DNA from: an uncultured bacterium
Lineage (GTDB): Bacteria > Bacillota_I > Bacilli_A > RFN20 > CAG-826
Assembly: GCA_949285455.1 (NCBI GenBank)
Contig: CASDXP010000003.1
Location: forward strand, 67,210-131,209
Length of the DNA: 64,000 nt
Direction of reading: 5' to 3'
Position numbers and translations under genes: made by a program. This document shows, one piece after another, positions 32,709 to 43,910 of this stretch (position 1 is the stretch's first letter; the number at the start of each line of letters is the position of its first letter). Under the pieces are notes generated by a model. That model made no database searches, was not told the origin of the DNA, and saw nothing but the letters and a program-made list of their open reading frames with translations.

Positions 32709-34247
32709 ATGGATTCGAAAGATTACAACATTCGCGCAAATGTCATCGCTAATATCATTAAGACCGCTGTCCTTATGATATTAAGTTTTATTACTTTTCC
32801 TTACGTTTGTCGTGTTCTTACTCAAATTAGTGAACCAAATATTCCAGGTGTTGGGGCTAATGCATTAGGTCTTTACACCTGGGCCGCAACTTTCGTCTAT
32901 TACTTTCTTACTTTAGCAAGAATTGGACTCCCAAATATCGCTGTTAGAGAATGTGCTAAAGTAAGAGATGACCGAGCAAAACTTTCTCATAAAGCCCAAG
33001 AATTTTTCATCTTACAGGCTTTTCTTTCCATGGTCTCTTTCATCCTCATGGTCATCATCATGTATTCAGTTGGAGGCGAATTTGTTGAAAATGCGAATTT
33101 AATTTTTATCTTATCGCTTAATTTTCTCATTGGTGTTTTCTCTTTTGAATGGATTTATATCGCTCTAGAAAAACATTTTTATCTCACAATCCGTTCAATT
33201 ATTATCTTAGCTGTCGTCACCGTTTTAACATTTCAATTTATCACTCGCCCTGAAGATTATTTCTTATACGCTATTCTCATGATTTCAACGACAGCGTTAT
33301 CGACTATTTCAAATTTAATATTCATCGGAAAACATATCTCATTTAAAAAGACTGAACCTTACAATTTTAAACAATATATTAAACCGATGATCGTTTTATT
33401 TATCATCGCTATATTAGTAACAATCTACGATAAAAGCGATACTTTTATTCTCGGTGTCATCGATGTGGAAATGGAAGCAGTTGCATCTTATCAAGTAGGT
33501 GTTAAAGCTATCGAAATTGTCATCGGTGTCATCATCTCATTATCGATGGTTTTTACACCACGCGCTTCGCGTTTAATTGAAATCGAAGATAAATCTTATT
33601 TTAGACGTTTAACTTCTTATTCGATGAATATCGTCACATTTATTTCCGTACCCGCTATTATCACGATGGCGGCGCTTGCTCATCCTCTCACTGCTTTAAT
33701 ATCTGGCGATTATCAAGCTAGCATCTATAAAGACGCACCCGTAGTTTTGATGGTTCTAGCGTGTATGATTTTAACTTTTTCGATTTCAAATCTCATTTAT
33801 ACACAAATTCTCATTCCTTTAAAAAGAGAAAAGATTTATATGATGACAATGTTAGGTGGAGCAATTATTAATATTCTCTTATGCATTATTTTAGGTATAT
33901 ATGCTTTCCCTACCGCACCCGCTATTGGAGTGGCTATAGCCACGATGATTGGTGACATCTTAGTGATGTTATTCTTATTAATTTACGCTTGGAAATATGT
34001 CTATTATGCCATATTCAATAAAAATAATTTAAAAATTCTCATCGCTGGTATTTTAATCATCTTCACTAGCGTTTTCCTTTACCCACTCATCGATAAAGCT
34101 TTATTACAAGCTATGCCTTCGATGCAAACTCTCATCTATAGTTTAGATATCATTTTCATCGTCCTAATTGATGCTATCATCTATCTTGGTTTCTTATTCA
34201 TCAGCAAAGAAAACCTCATCTCTTCTTTCTTTAGAAAAAACAAATAA
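32709..34247 (+). CDS. polysaccharide/oligosaccharide flippase (Wzx, MOP superfamily)
   Basis: 512 aa, ~14 TM helices, typical Wzx length and topology, adjacent to the glycosyltransferases. Confidence 0.6.
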   Translation: MDSKDYNIRANVIANIIKTAVLMILSFITFPYVCRVLTQISEPNIPGVGANALGLYTWAATFVYYFLTLARIGLPNIAVRECAKVRDDRAKLSHKAQEFFILQAFLSMVSFILMVIIMYSVGGEFVENANLIFILSLNFLIGVFSFEWIYIALEKHFYLTIRSIIILAVVTVLTFQFITRPEDYFLYAILMISTTALSTISNLIFIGKHISFKKTEPYNFKQYIKPMIVLFIIAILVTIYDKSDTFILGVIDVEMEAVASYQVGVKAIEIVIGVIISLSMVFTPRASRLIEIEDKSYFRRLTSYSMNIVTFISVPAIITMAALAHPLTALISGDYQASIYKDAPVVLMVLACMILTFSISNLIYTQILIPLKREKIYMMTMLGGAIINILLCIILGIYAFPTAPAIGVAIATMIGDILVMLFLLIYAWKYVYYAIFNKNNLKILIAGILIIFTSVFLYPLIDKALLQAMPSMQTLIYSLDIIFIVLIDAIIYLGFLFISKENLISSFFRKNK

Positions 34248-34345
34248 AAAGAGGAGGCTATGAAATATCATAATAATGAGAAAGGAGTGCAATTATGACA
34301 AGGAGGAGCCTCCCCTTCTAAAAACCATCTTACTCTAAAATGAAA

Positions 34346-34376
34346 GAAAAATCCACTGCTGGAGTGGATTTTTTTC
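34346..34376. terminator. bidirectional rho-independent terminator between convergent wzx and LRR genes
   Basis: aaaaATCCACTgctggAGTGGATttttttc: 7-bp GC-containing stem, A-run before and T-run after. Confidence 0.6.
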
Positions 34377-34400
34377 AAATTATTTCTAAAAATTAATAAA

Positions 34401-36440
34401 TTATTCTACATTGGAGATTGGGCTAGGAATACCTTGTTCGTTATATTCCCATTCTCCAGCCCAATAAACAGGGATGGATTCATCTTTCCAATTTTCGACC
34501 CAAATACGATTGTAAGTTGGTTCATCAGTTAAAGAATAGATGACAAAATTTTCATCCATCTCAGTAAATGATAAAGCTTCAACTTGTCTTAAATTTTCAG
34601 GTAAGACGACGTAATCAAGCGAAACGCATTGAGCAAAACTACGATTACGAATAACGCCAACGCTTGAAGGAATTTCGATGCTTTCCAAAGAAACACAACC
34701 ATCGAATAAAGAAGCTGGAATAGCGCTGAACCTTGAATTGTTAGGAAGGCTAATACTTCTTAAGGAGGAAGCGTTTCTAAAACCAGCGGAATTGAAATTG
34801 AAGACGGAATCAGGAATGACAATTTCTTCTAAAGAAGTACAATTTTCAAAAGCACTTGGACCAATAATTTCTAAAGACGAATCGTAAGTAATTGTTCCTA
34901 CTGGATTACCTTCACTATCAATGTCACTATAGAAGACGTCTAATTCAAATTCGATATGTTCTAAATTAGTGTTATTGTAAAATTGATAGCCTTGAATCTC
35001 ATTGACACCACTTGGAATGACGACGCTAGAAAACTTTGGAGCGTCTTCTTGGCTATCGCTACCAAAAATGTAACCATCTGAACCGACCGCAGTAAAAGTC
35101 GTTAAGCTACTTGGAAGCATAATCATACCTTCATAAGATCCAGGTAAGACTTCGCCATTCGCATCTAAGACTTGGAAAGTTCTTAAAGAACGACAATTTC
35201 TAAAAGCATATTGGCCGATGCTTCTTAAACCAACATCATAAGCTACAACTTTCTCTAAATTACGACAATTTTCAAAGACACCAGTTTGAATACTTGTAAT
35301 AGCTTGTGGAATACGAATTTCTTTAATCGCTGTATTTCTAAAAGCATATTGGCCGATGGAAGTTAAATCACGTGGGAGATTAACTGTCGCTAAGGAAGTA
35401 CAACCATCGAACATATAAGAAGAAATACTAGCTAAAGGCGCATCAGTAGAAATACTAAAACTTGTTAAATTAACACAATTTTGGAAGACACCTTCTCCTA
35501 ATGTAAGAAGACTCATCGGGAAAGAAAAAGCACCAGTAATATTAGTGTTTGCAAATGCATAAGCACCAATATTAGTTAAATTATTAGGTAAATCTTCTGA
35601 ATCTAAAGTTAACGATGTGCAACCATCGAAAGCATTCGCACCAATCGAGTGCACGTTATCGTGGAAACGTACTTCTTCTAAGCTTGTGCAATCTGCAAAC
35701 AAAGCTGAAGGAATCTCAGTAATAGTTTCAGGAATCTCGGCAAAAACCACTCCTTCCTGACCGGCGAATAAAGAATTAGTGACGCCAGTAACATTACCGA
35801 ATGTAATATCGACGACATTATAAACGCTAGGGTCAAATTCAGCTTTCGTTTCTTCGCTAGCAACTAAAACAGTATTTGTAGGGAACACTTTCGTATAAGC
35901 GATGATAACTTGGCCTAAATAAACCCAACCATCTTCATCGGAAGAATGTTCAATATAATAAGTACCAACGAACGCATCTTCACCAATTTCATTAATATTT
36001 TGACTAGGAACAATTTCACTTAAATTCGTACAGCCATAGAACGCTCTATCACCGATTGTAGTAATAGTATCAGGTAAAGTCACTTTTCTTAAACGTGTAA
36101 AATTTAAGAAAGCTTCATCAGCGATCGTCGTAACAGGATAACCGTCGATCGTCGAAGGAATGATAAAATCCTCAGGTGCGTTCACTTCATCAATATCAGT
36201 GATGATAACTTCTCTATCTTGATCTTGTAAGGTGTAACGATAAGAAATGAAAGGAATGTTAACGATATCGTTAAGCCAAAAAACAATGAGAGCCCAATAA
36301 GTTAAAGAAAGAGCAATGATAGCGACAGCTGCGAATATAGAGGCTTTGATAATCGTCTTCTTCGTCTGGGGACTAATCTTTTTTAATTGCATCTTTTCGG
36401 CCTCCTTTCGTTGCTTTTTTAATTTTATCGTTATAAGCAT
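34401..36440 (-). CDS. BspA-type leucine-rich-repeat (LRR_5) surface protein, N-terminal membrane anchor
   Basis: Repeated ...FxxCxxLxxIxIPxxVTxIGxxAFxxC... units (e.g. [36 protein letters not shown]); TM helix [27 protein letters not shown]. Start probably at internal Met (36392). Confidence 0.65.
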   Translation of the reverse strand: MLITIKLKKQRKEAEKMQLKKISPQTKKTIIKASIFAAVAIIALSLTYWALIVFWLNDIVNIPFISYRYTLQDQDREVIITDIDEVNAPEDFIIPSTIDGYPVTTIADEAFLNFTRLRKVTLPDTITTIGDRAFYGCTNLSEIVPSQNINEIGEDAFVGTYYIEHSSDEDGWVYLGQVIIAYTKVFPTNTVLVASEETKAEFDPSVYNVVDITFGNVTGVTNSLFAGQEGVVFAEIPETITEIPSALFADCTSLEEVRFHDNVHSIGANAFDGCTSLTLDSEDLPNNLTNIGAYAFANTNITGAFSFPMSLLTLGEGVFQNCVNLTSFSISTDAPLASISSYMFDGCTSLATVNLPRDLTSIGQYAFRNTAIKEIRIPQAITSIQTGVFENCRNLEKVVAYDVGLRSIGQYAFRNCRSLRTFQVLDANGEVLPGSYEGMIMLPSSLTTFTAVGSDGYIFGSDSQEDAPKFSSVVIPSGVNEIQGYQFYNNTNLEHIEFELDVFYSDIDSEGNPVGTITYDSSLEIIGPSAFENCTSLEEIVIPDSVFNFNSAGFRNASSLRSISLPNNSRFSAIPASLFDGCVSLESIEIPSSVGVIRNRSFAQCVSLDYVVLPENLRQVEALSFTEMDENFVIYSLTDEPTYNRIWVENWKDESIPVYWAGEWEYNEQGIPSPISNVE

Positions 36441-37563
36441 TGAGAACTTTTAAATCTTCTTTATATTTTTCTAATTCGGCTTTATTTGCGCGAACAAAAT
36501 GATTTGGTTCTATCTCATAGAAATCTGGCATATCTTCTTCGCTATAATGATGCATATCAGGCGAATAGACTACAATCTTTTTCTTACTTTCAATGCGCGG
36601 ATCAGGAATTGGTACAGCAGAAAGTAAGGCTTTTGTATAAGGATGTAATGGTGCTTCAAAAAGCCTATTTGCATCTGCGAGTTCGACAATCTTACCAGAA
36701 TTGATGACAGCGATACGATCAGAAATGTAACGGACGACACTTAAGTCGTGAGCGATAAATAAGACAGTCATCTTATTTTCTTGTTGGAATTGTTTAATCA
36801 AATTTAAAACTTGCGCGCGAATGGAGACGTCAAGTGCTGAAATAGGTTCATCAGCGATGACCATTTCAGGACCCATAATCATACATCGAGCAATACCAAT
36901 ACGTTGTCTTTGACCACCGCTAAATTCGTGTGGATAACGTTTGAGGTGTTCAGGCATCAAACCAACTTTTTCAAGCATTAATGTAATCTTATTAAGACGA
37001 TCTTCTTCATCTTCGTAAAGATGGAATGCTCTTAAACCTTCAGAAACGATGTAGTCGACGTTCGCTCTTTCATTTAATGAAGCGCTTGGATCTTGGAAAA
37101 TCATTTGTATCTTAGTTTTTAAGGCCCTTTCGACGTGATGAGGAATCTTACCTGAAATAGGAACATTATTATAAGTGATGACACCACCGGAAACAGGATT
37201 GACTCTAATGATAGCGCGGCCAATAGTTGTCTTACCAGAACCAGATTCACCTACTAAACCTAAAATTTCACCACGTTTAATATCTAAATTTAAATGATCG
37301 ATGACAACTCTTTCCGTATTACCACGCTTGAAACCAATTCTTACATCGCGCAATTTCACTAAGATTTCATCTTCGTTCTTAATTTGTCCTTTTGGTTCTT
37401 TAAACTCAGGAGCGTTCTTTCTTTTACGATATTTTTTCTCGTGCTGCTCTTTTAAATAATTGATGACAGATTCATTAGAGTGCGTGCCAGTATCAAAAAT
37501 TTCATGAGCCAATTCTTTTGCTTTATTAGGTGTCATCTTTTCATTATTTTTCATACGTATCAC
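36373..37563 (-). CDS. oppF: oligopeptide ABC transporter ATP-binding protein
   Basis: Walker [10 protein letters not shown]; signature FSGGQRQR; Walker B IADEP; long N-terminal extension as in Mollicute OppF. Confidence 0.8.
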   Translation of the reverse strand: MIRMKNNEKMTPNKAKELAHEIFDTGTHSNESVINYLKEQHEKKYRKRKNAPEFKEPKGQIKNEDEILVKLRDVRIGFKRGNTERVVIDHLNLDIKRGEILGLVGESGSGKTTIGRAIIRVNPVSGGVITYNNVPISGKIPHHVERALKTKIQMIFQDPSASLNERANVDYIVSEGLRAFHLYEDEEDRLNKITLMLEKVGLMPEHLKRYPHEFSGGQRQRIGIARCMIMGPEMVIADEPISALDVSIRAQVLNLIKQFQQENKMTVLFIAHDLSVVRYISDRIAVINSGKIVELADANRLFEAPLHPYTKALLSAVPIPDPRIESKKKIVVYSPDMHHYSEEDMPDFYEIEPNHFVRANKAELEKYKEDLKVLNAYNDKIKKATKGGRKDAIKKD

Positions 37564-38629
37564 CTAACTCTTTCTGTAACTCTTCTGCTGCCATCTGCAT
37601 TCTTTCACGCAAATTTTGAATGACGCGTGGTTTATTCACCTTAGGAGCGTTTTCATCAAGTAACCAAGTTTTGGCGTAATGCGTTTCACTTATTTTAAAT
37701 AAAGGTGGTTCTTGAATATAATCGATGCGTAAAGCATATTCATTACGCGGAGCGAAAGCGTCGCCGATAATTTCATCACCAAATGTAGGCGGATTACCTT
37801 TGATATAAAGCAAAGGTTCTTCTTTTGTGCCAAGTTGTGGTAAGCTCGAAAGAAGCGCCCATGTATAAGGATGTGCAGGACGATAGAAAACGTCTTCTGA
37901 GGTACCAATTTCGACGAATTGACCACCATACATCACAGCGATACGATCCGCCACTTTAGCGACGACACCTAAATCGTGCGTGATGAATATAATCGTCCAA
38001 CCATATTCTTCTTGTAATTCTTTAATTAAATCTAAAATTTGTGTCTGAACAGTAACGTCTAATGCCGTTGTTGGTTCATCACAAATAAGAACTTCTGGAC
38101 GACAAGCTAAAGCGATAGCGATGACGACTCTTTGTCTCATCCCACCACTATATTGGAAAGGATAATCATCATATCTTTTACGTGCGTCAGGTATTCTAAC
38201 TCTTTCTAATAATTTGATAGCTTCTTCTTTTGCTTCTTTCTTAGAAAGACCATGATGCAATCTTAAAACTTCACTAATTTGGTAACCAATCGATAATAAA
38301 GGATTTAAAGAAGTCATCGGATCTTGGAAAATAGTAGCAATTCTTTTACCTCTAATACCATACCAATCTTTCGACTTTTTAAATTTCGTCACATCGATAT
38401 CACCGAACATAATCGAGCCGCTATCGATGTAACCATTCGCATCTAACATCCCAGTAAAAGTTTTAGTGAAAACAGATTTACCAGAACCCGATTCACCGAC
38501 GATAGCTAAAGTTTCGCCTTTATAGACATCTAAAGATACGTCACGAATGACGTGCACTTTCTTACCATGCGAAAGGAATTTGACATTAAGATTTTTGACT
38601 GAGATGACGATTTCTTTTTCGTTTGCCAT
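37544..38629 (-). CDS. oppD: oligopeptide ABC transporter ATP-binding protein
   Basis: GESGSGKSV; YSGGMRQR; [10 protein letters not shown]. Confidence 0.8.
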   Translation of the reverse strand: MANEKEIVISVKNLNVKFLSHGKKVHVIRDVSLDVYKGETLAIVGESGSGKSVFTKTFTGMLDANGYIDSGSIMFGDIDVTKFKKSKDWYGIRGKRIATIFQDPMTSLNPLLSIGYQISEVLRLHHGLSKKEAKEEAIKLLERVRIPDARKRYDDYPFQYSGGMRQRVVIAIALACRPEVLICDEPTTALDVTVQTQILDLIKELQEEYGWTIIFITHDLGVVAKVADRIAVMYGGQFVEIGTSEDVFYRPAHPYTWALLSSLPQLGTKEEPLLYIKGNPPTFGDEIIGDAFAPRNEYALRIDYIQEPPLFKISETHYAKTWLLDENAPKVNKPRVIQNLRERMQMAAEELQKELGDTYEK

Positions 38630-38644
38630 ATCAAAAATTCCTTC

Positions 38645-39715
38645 CTACCTATGATTCTTAGGATCAGTTGCGTCAGAAAGCGCTAAACCTAAATAGAAGA
38701 AAGCTACTGTCAGAGGTACTAAGACCACCAGCGGTGCTACTAATAAATACCAATATTCCATCCAAGGCGCACTTGCCCCAGATGCTGTCGCAGTCGCCCC
38801 TTGGGTCGCTTGCGTAAGCACTTGACCTAAAGTAATATCGCCTTTAGAAATCTTAAAGGAAAGACCGAAGAAGGCGAGACCAACTTCAGAAGAAATCGCG
38901 GCTGGAATCGAAGTGGAAGCCACAGTGACGATGACACTAACTAAATATGGTAATAGGTTATGAGTAATCATCGCTTTCGAAGATGAACCTAAGGTTTGAG
39001 AAGCGATGTTATATTCCCGGTTACGAATAATAATAATCTGATTTCGAATGAAGCTAGCAAGACCAAGCCAGCCAAACATCGTCAACAAGAATGTAACAAT
39101 TAAGAAAGCATAATCATCCATATATCTTACGAGTAGTTGCATAAATAAGATGTTAAGTAAGATACTTGGAACGTTATTAACAAAGTTACGAATTTCGAGC
39201 ATGATAGGATCTAGCCATTTAAAATATCCCCACAAAGAGCCAATTAATATGCCTAAGAACGTATCAATTAAGGCGACGACAACGCCGAGAAGTAAAGATA
39301 ATCTAGCCCCTTCCCAAACGACTGACCACATATCTAAGCCTTCCCAAGCCGCGCCCATATTGTGACCACAGACGCCGAACCAGTTGACGGCATTAGGCCA
39401 GACATAATAACCTTGACTTGCTTCTCCAAAACGATCTGCTTCATCAAATGGCACGACTTTAAAAGAATGGATCATCGGTCCAAAAATCGTAAAGAAGACG
39501 ATGAGGAAAAGTAAGAACAAACAGACGATGACAAGAGGATTTTTAAATAAATTACGGAAAGTAATTTTCCAATAGGAATAAGGTGCAGAATTAAGTTTTT
39601 CAATTTCATCATCTTGCGTTCCGACGACAGTGAACAAATCATCGACATCATGTGGAATGAGTTCGTCGACGTTTTTTGTGCCGCTTGCATGTGTAGAAGT
39701 CATCTTTTCTAACAT
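38645..39715 (-). CDS. oppC: oligopeptide ABC transporter permease
   Basis: Polytopic permease between oppB and oppD; binding-protein-dependent transport inner-membrane component. Confidence 0.7.
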   Translation of the reverse strand: MLEKMTSTHASGTKNVDELIPHDVDDLFTVVGTQDDEIEKLNSAPYSYWKITFRNLFKNPLVIVCLFLLFLIVFFTIFGPMIHSFKVVPFDEADRFGEASQGYYVWPNAVNWFGVCGHNMGAAWEGLDMWSVVWEGARLSLLLGVVVALIDTFLGILIGSLWGYFKWLDPIMLEIRNFVNNVPSILLNILFMQLLVRYMDDYAFLIVTFLLTMFGWLGLASFIRNQIIIIRNREYNIASQTLGSSSKAMITHNLLPYLVSVIVTVASTSIPAAISSEVGLAFFGLSFKISKGDITLGQVLTQATQGATATASGASAPWMEYWYLLVAPLVVLVPLTVAFFYLGLALSDATDPKNHR

Positions 39716-39729
39716 AACTGCCTCCTCTC

Positions 39730-40917
39730 CTAATTAGTAAATTTAATACGTGGATCAGCGATTGCAGTGATAATATCACCAAGTAAATATGAGACGATGG
39801 AAATTAAAGCCGTCACGATGACAATTCCTTGCACAGCGAAGAAATCGTGCGCATTATTAGCGTTAATTAACATGTCACCAATACCGTTGATGCCATAAAT
39901 TCTTTCGATGTAGAATGAGCCCAATAAAGCTCCTAAAATTGCCGAAGGGAAAGTACGAACGAGAGGAACAATTGCATTTCTAAAGACGTGAATACGTGTA
40001 ATACGTCCTTCGCTTAAACCTTTCGCTCTTGCAAATTTAACATAATCAGCGTTAAATTCATCGATCATATAACGTCTCACCCATAACGCGATACCAGCCA
40101 TACCAGTAAAACCAATAGTGAGTACAGGCGGTAACCAGGTCAAGAAGTTATTGACATCATATCTTGCGGGTAAGAAGAAGCCAGCGACGAAAATTGACAT
40201 CCAAATGTAATAATAAGCTACACCCGGAATAGCGTCGATCGAAATAATGTAAGCTTTACCTATTTTATCGACGATACCATCTTTACGTTTCGCCATGAGC
40301 ATCCCTAAAGGATAACCGAGGACAATTTGAACAAAAGACGCTAAAATACCAACTGGGAAAGAGACCATCATCTTTTCACCGATGTAATCGATGACGTAAA
40401 CTGGTCCACTAGTTAAATCAGCAACATCACGAGAATAAATTTGACCTAAGTCAAATAGGAAGAATCGACAATCGGTGACGTTATTGTAATAGACACCATC
40501 GATAAGTAAGTTTGTCGATTGACATAAAGTCTTAGGAATTGGCATGATGTCATAAAGGAATTGCATCAATTGTTCAAATGGCCCACCAACGAAGCCCATC
40601 TGAGCTCTAAAAATTTCACAACGCGACTGGACGACAGCTTCAGGAAGTTTTTGCCAAGCGGTCGAGAATTGCGTCGTCAAGCAAAGCTGATCGATATCGA
40701 CAGTCGCACGAATTAAAAAGAAGGTGACGATGATAGCAAGAAGCACGGAAATAAGTGCTGAGCCAATACGTCTTAAAGAATAGCGAAGCAATGGATGTCC
40801 AAATATTCTTTGTACAGGACCAGTCTTAAAAATCACCTGGTGGGCAACAAGTTCGATGAATACCACCAAAGCGACGATTAAGAATAAGATAGTATATGAA
40901 ACGAGATAAAATGACAT
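39730..40917 (-). CDS. oppB: oligopeptide ABC transporter permease
   Basis: EAA-like loop region FARAKGLSEGRITRIHVFRNAIVPL typical of OppB/DppB. Confidence 0.75.
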   Translation of the reverse strand: MSFYLVSYTILFLIVALVVFIELVAHQVIFKTGPVQRIFGHPLLRYSLRRIGSALISVLLAIIVTFFLIRATVDIDQLCLTTQFSTAWQKLPEAVVQSRCEIFRAQMGFVGGPFEQLMQFLYDIMPIPKTLCQSTNLLIDGVYYNNVTDCRFFLFDLGQIYSRDVADLTSGPVYVIDYIGEKMMVSFPVGILASFVQIVLGYPLGMLMAKRKDGIVDKIGKAYIISIDAIPGVAYYYIWMSIFVAGFFLPARYDVNNFLTWLPPVLTIGFTGMAGIALWVRRYMIDEFNADYVKFARAKGLSEGRITRIHVFRNAIVPLVRTFPSAILGALLGSFYIERIYGINGIGDMLINANNAHDFFAVQGIVIVTALISIVSYLLGDIITAIADPRIKFTN

Positions 40918-41014
40918 CGCTAAACCTTTCCTTTTCTATAATAAATAATTTTGATAAATAAACAAGGAAAAGAGAGAGCTAGCGAGCGCTAGCCCCCTCA
41001 ATTAACCTCATTAA

Positions 41015-43369
41015 TTATTCAAATTGATAGTCGTAAATGTAGACGTTACCAGTTTCTGCAATAGCTTCTGCTTTTAATTTTTCGAAATGGGCAACCATCT
41101 CTTGACGTTGTTGACCAGATGGTGGATTTAATAAGACCCACATACCGATGAGTTTAGAAGTTGATAAACCATAACCTGCAGATGGTGATTCATAGCCGAT
41201 AGCGTTAGAAATAGATGCTCTGTAGCCTTGACCTTGGTTATATAAAGGTAAGCAGATATAAATTTCGTTTAAGAGCATGTATTCTGCTTGGGCAAAATAA
41301 GAGAATCTTGAGACATAGTCTTGATATTCTCGACGACCAGCTGAAACGATTTGATCATATTCAGCAAGAATATTTTCCATGTATTCAAGAGCCGTACCAT
41401 CAGCGTTTAAGCGGTAACCATCAACATCGCTATCCGTACCAGTAGTGAAAGCCATATCACCGCCGGTAGTGTAGATGTTCAAGTAAGATAGAGGATCGCC
41501 GTAGTCAGCTTGCCAACCCCAAACATTTAAATGTCCATAAGCAGCGTTTGCAGCTTGTGTCCAGTTATCTTGAGAAGTGAAGTTGTCGTTATTGATGACG
41601 CGGAGTAAAGGATATTGGCTACCTTCACAAAGCGGCATATCTTCAGTCACTTCACCACTACGGACTGTACAACCATTCGCACGATTGTTAAGAGAATTAG
41701 ACCAAAGAGTATCTTCTCTCATACTATCATCGGAGAAACCACCTAAAGAAAGTTGTTCAACTTGGATAGGAAGGTGGATAGGATCTTGAGGATTTATTTG
41801 ATTGTAAAGTTCGATAGCTTTTTCTGCTCTTTCACGTAAAGGTTCAATGTCTGCAAGCGTTAAATTGACACCATCATATTGACCAGGTGCTAATTTTTCT
41901 CTAGCTTCTTCAGCAGTCATGCCTTCTTGTGAAGCATAGTATTCATAATAATAATCAGTGTAATCAGTATCAGTGTCATCGAAAACAAAGTTTTCTGGCA
42001 CTAAGGTGTTAAGTTGCACTTGTTGTTGTTCTTCTAACATTTCACCGTGACGTTTATTGTAGACGGAGAAATCGAGCGATCTTAAGAGCAATTCACGCAC
42101 TTCTTGAATAGATAAAGCAAGGTTCGTGTTATGCAATTCTTGATCATTTAATTCGGAATTTTGTGCTTGCGCACTCGTACCACCATCTACTAAATTAGGA
42201 CGATTAATGTTCAAAGTCATCAACCAAGTGTAGGAAATATTATCGTAGAAACGAGAGTTGACGATTGGATCATATGGATCTCTTAATGTACCGGTACCAT
42301 CTGGACCAGCAATATATTTGTTCCATCCTTCGATATCTTTAGAATTGAGGGTGAAACCATCAATTTCGCCATTTTCGAAAGCGATTCTTGCCGTATTTTC
42401 ATTCGTCGCTTGTTCAGTACTAATAATGTGATAAGTTACTGTATCGACGTGAACCATATCGATATTCCAATAATTTTCATTCTTTTTGTAAACAATTTGG
42501 CTATCGTCAGATTGTTGTAAAAGGTATGGTCCGCAGTAAAGAATAGAATCCGCACCACGACCGAAATCGTTAGAATGCGCTGCTAAGAAATCAGCGTTAG
42601 TCGGTAAGAATGGAGAGTAAGTGAGCATCGTGGGGAAAAAGATTGCTTTTTCAGTTAATGAGTAAACTAATTGACCTTGTTCATTCACACGAATACCAAC
42701 TCTTTCAAAATTACCAATTGGGGTTACATCATCCGCAGAAATAGAAACTTCTTCGTGGAAGTTATCGCGAATGTAAGATTGCATTCTAATTGCTTTTTGA
42801 GCATCAGTTCTCAATTTTTGTGCTTCTTGTGGATTCGTCGCAATTAAATATTGAACGTAAGTATATGCTTGATATTCTTTCGTTCCTTCGATGAACATCG
42901 TCACCATGAAGGAAGTATCGGACATCGTCGCATAATCAAGAACACGTTTTGCAGTCGTAATCCAGTCTTCCGCTTTGACAAATTGTGGTTCGCCTGCACT
43001 ATTGGTGTATTGCTTACCATCATAAGTCATCCAAGGCACATTTTCACGGATGGTAAAAGTAAATTGGTTCCAGTCTTTATTGTGGGTGACATTGCTAGCG
43101 AGAGCTTTAACTAAACGACCATATTGATCGTTAGTGAGTAAACCATCGACAAAGTTAGCGATGTGATTAGAGTTAGTCGCTTCTTGAGTTTTATGGTAGT
43201 CGAGAGTGTCGAATAACACAGTGTCAAACGCATCATATGTTAACTTCGCGGTCGCACCATTCATGTAATCACCAGTGACGATTTGGGTTTCAACTTCAGG
43301 GCCGCCGCAAGCGGTGAGAGCCATGATAGTGACGCCTAGAACCGAGGCTTTTAAACCTAATTTTTTCAT
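41015..43369 (-). CDS. oppA: oligopeptide-binding lipoprotein (SBP family 5), enlarged Mollicute-type
   Basis: Lipobox LTACGG; family-5 solute-binding core; 784 aa. Confidence 0.7.
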   Translation of the reverse strand: MKKLGLKASVLGVTIMALTACGGPEVETQIVTGDYMNGATAKLTYDAFDTVLFDTLDYHKTQEATNSNHIANFVDGLLTNDQYGRLVKALASNVTHNKDWNQFTFTIRENVPWMTYDGKQYTNSAGEPQFVKAEDWITTAKRVLDYATMSDTSFMVTMFIEGTKEYQAYTYVQYLIATNPQEAQKLRTDAQKAIRMQSYIRDNFHEEVSISADDVTPIGNFERVGIRVNEQGQLVYSLTEKAIFFPTMLTYSPFLPTNADFLAAHSNDFGRGADSILYCGPYLLQQSDDSQIVYKKNENYWNIDMVHVDTVTYHIISTEQATNENTARIAFENGEIDGFTLNSKDIEGWNKYIAGPDGTGTLRDPYDPIVNSRFYDNISYTWLMTLNINRPNLVDGGTSAQAQNSELNDQELHNTNLALSIQEVRELLLRSLDFSVYNKRHGEMLEEQQQVQLNTLVPENFVFDDTDTDYTDYYYEYYASQEGMTAEEAREKLAPGQYDGVNLTLADIEPLRERAEKAIELYNQINPQDPIHLPIQVEQLSLGGFSDDSMREDTLWSNSLNNRANGCTVRSGEVTEDMPLCEGSQYPLLRVINNDNFTSQDNWTQAANAAYGHLNVWGWQADYGDPLSYLNIYTTGGDMAFTTGTDSDVDGYRLNADGTALEYMENILAEYDQIVSAGRREYQDYVSRFSYFAQAEYMLLNEIYICLPLYNQGQGYRASISNAIGYESPSAGYGLSTSKLIGMWVLLNPPSGQQRQEMVAHFEKLKAEAIAETGNVYIYDYQFE

Positions 43370-43499
43370 GTTTTTTCTCCTTTCGTAAACTAATCTTTTG
43401 AAAGATTATGCGTAATGATATCACTTTACGTATGTAAGAAGCAACAAAAAATATTAAAAAATAATAAATAAAGCGTTAAATAGTTAAAATTAACTAAAG

Positions 43500-43871
43500 T
43501 TAAAATGGAAGATTTCCACCATTATTTGCAGTTATAATTTCTAAAACTAAAGCTAAAATTAAAGTCGCTAAGGCCGCTAAAAATAAAGGCATACGAAACT
43601 TCCATGCTTGGTCTTTTTTATCTTGTGGAAGTTTTTCATTCCACTGCTTTGTCTTATGTCGATATTTACCGATAATAATTTCTCCACCCACAAAGCCAAT
43701 CAAGATAAAAATGAAGCCAAAAGCGCATAGCATGAAGATATAATTCCAAGGATTAACAGTTGGAAAACAATAGATGATAATAAAGTGTTGAACAAAAGAT
43801 ACACCAGCAGCCACCAAAATTAAGATGCTAGCGATGAGATACGTTTTCCAATTTTTTAAAGAAGTTTTCAT
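43500..43871 (-). CDS. small hypothetical membrane protein (123 aa, 3-4 TM)
   Basis: Hydrophobic ORF; no motif. Confidence 0.3.
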   Translation of the reverse strand: MKTSLKNWKTYLIASILILVAAGVSFVQHFIIIYCFPTVNPWNYIFMLCAFGFIFILIGFVGGEIIIGKYRHKTKQWNEKLPQDKKDQAWKFRMPLFLAALATLILALVLEIITANNGGNLPF

Positions 43872-43910
43872 ATCGTTTATTTTTACCGCATTAAATAATA
43901 TACTAAACGT

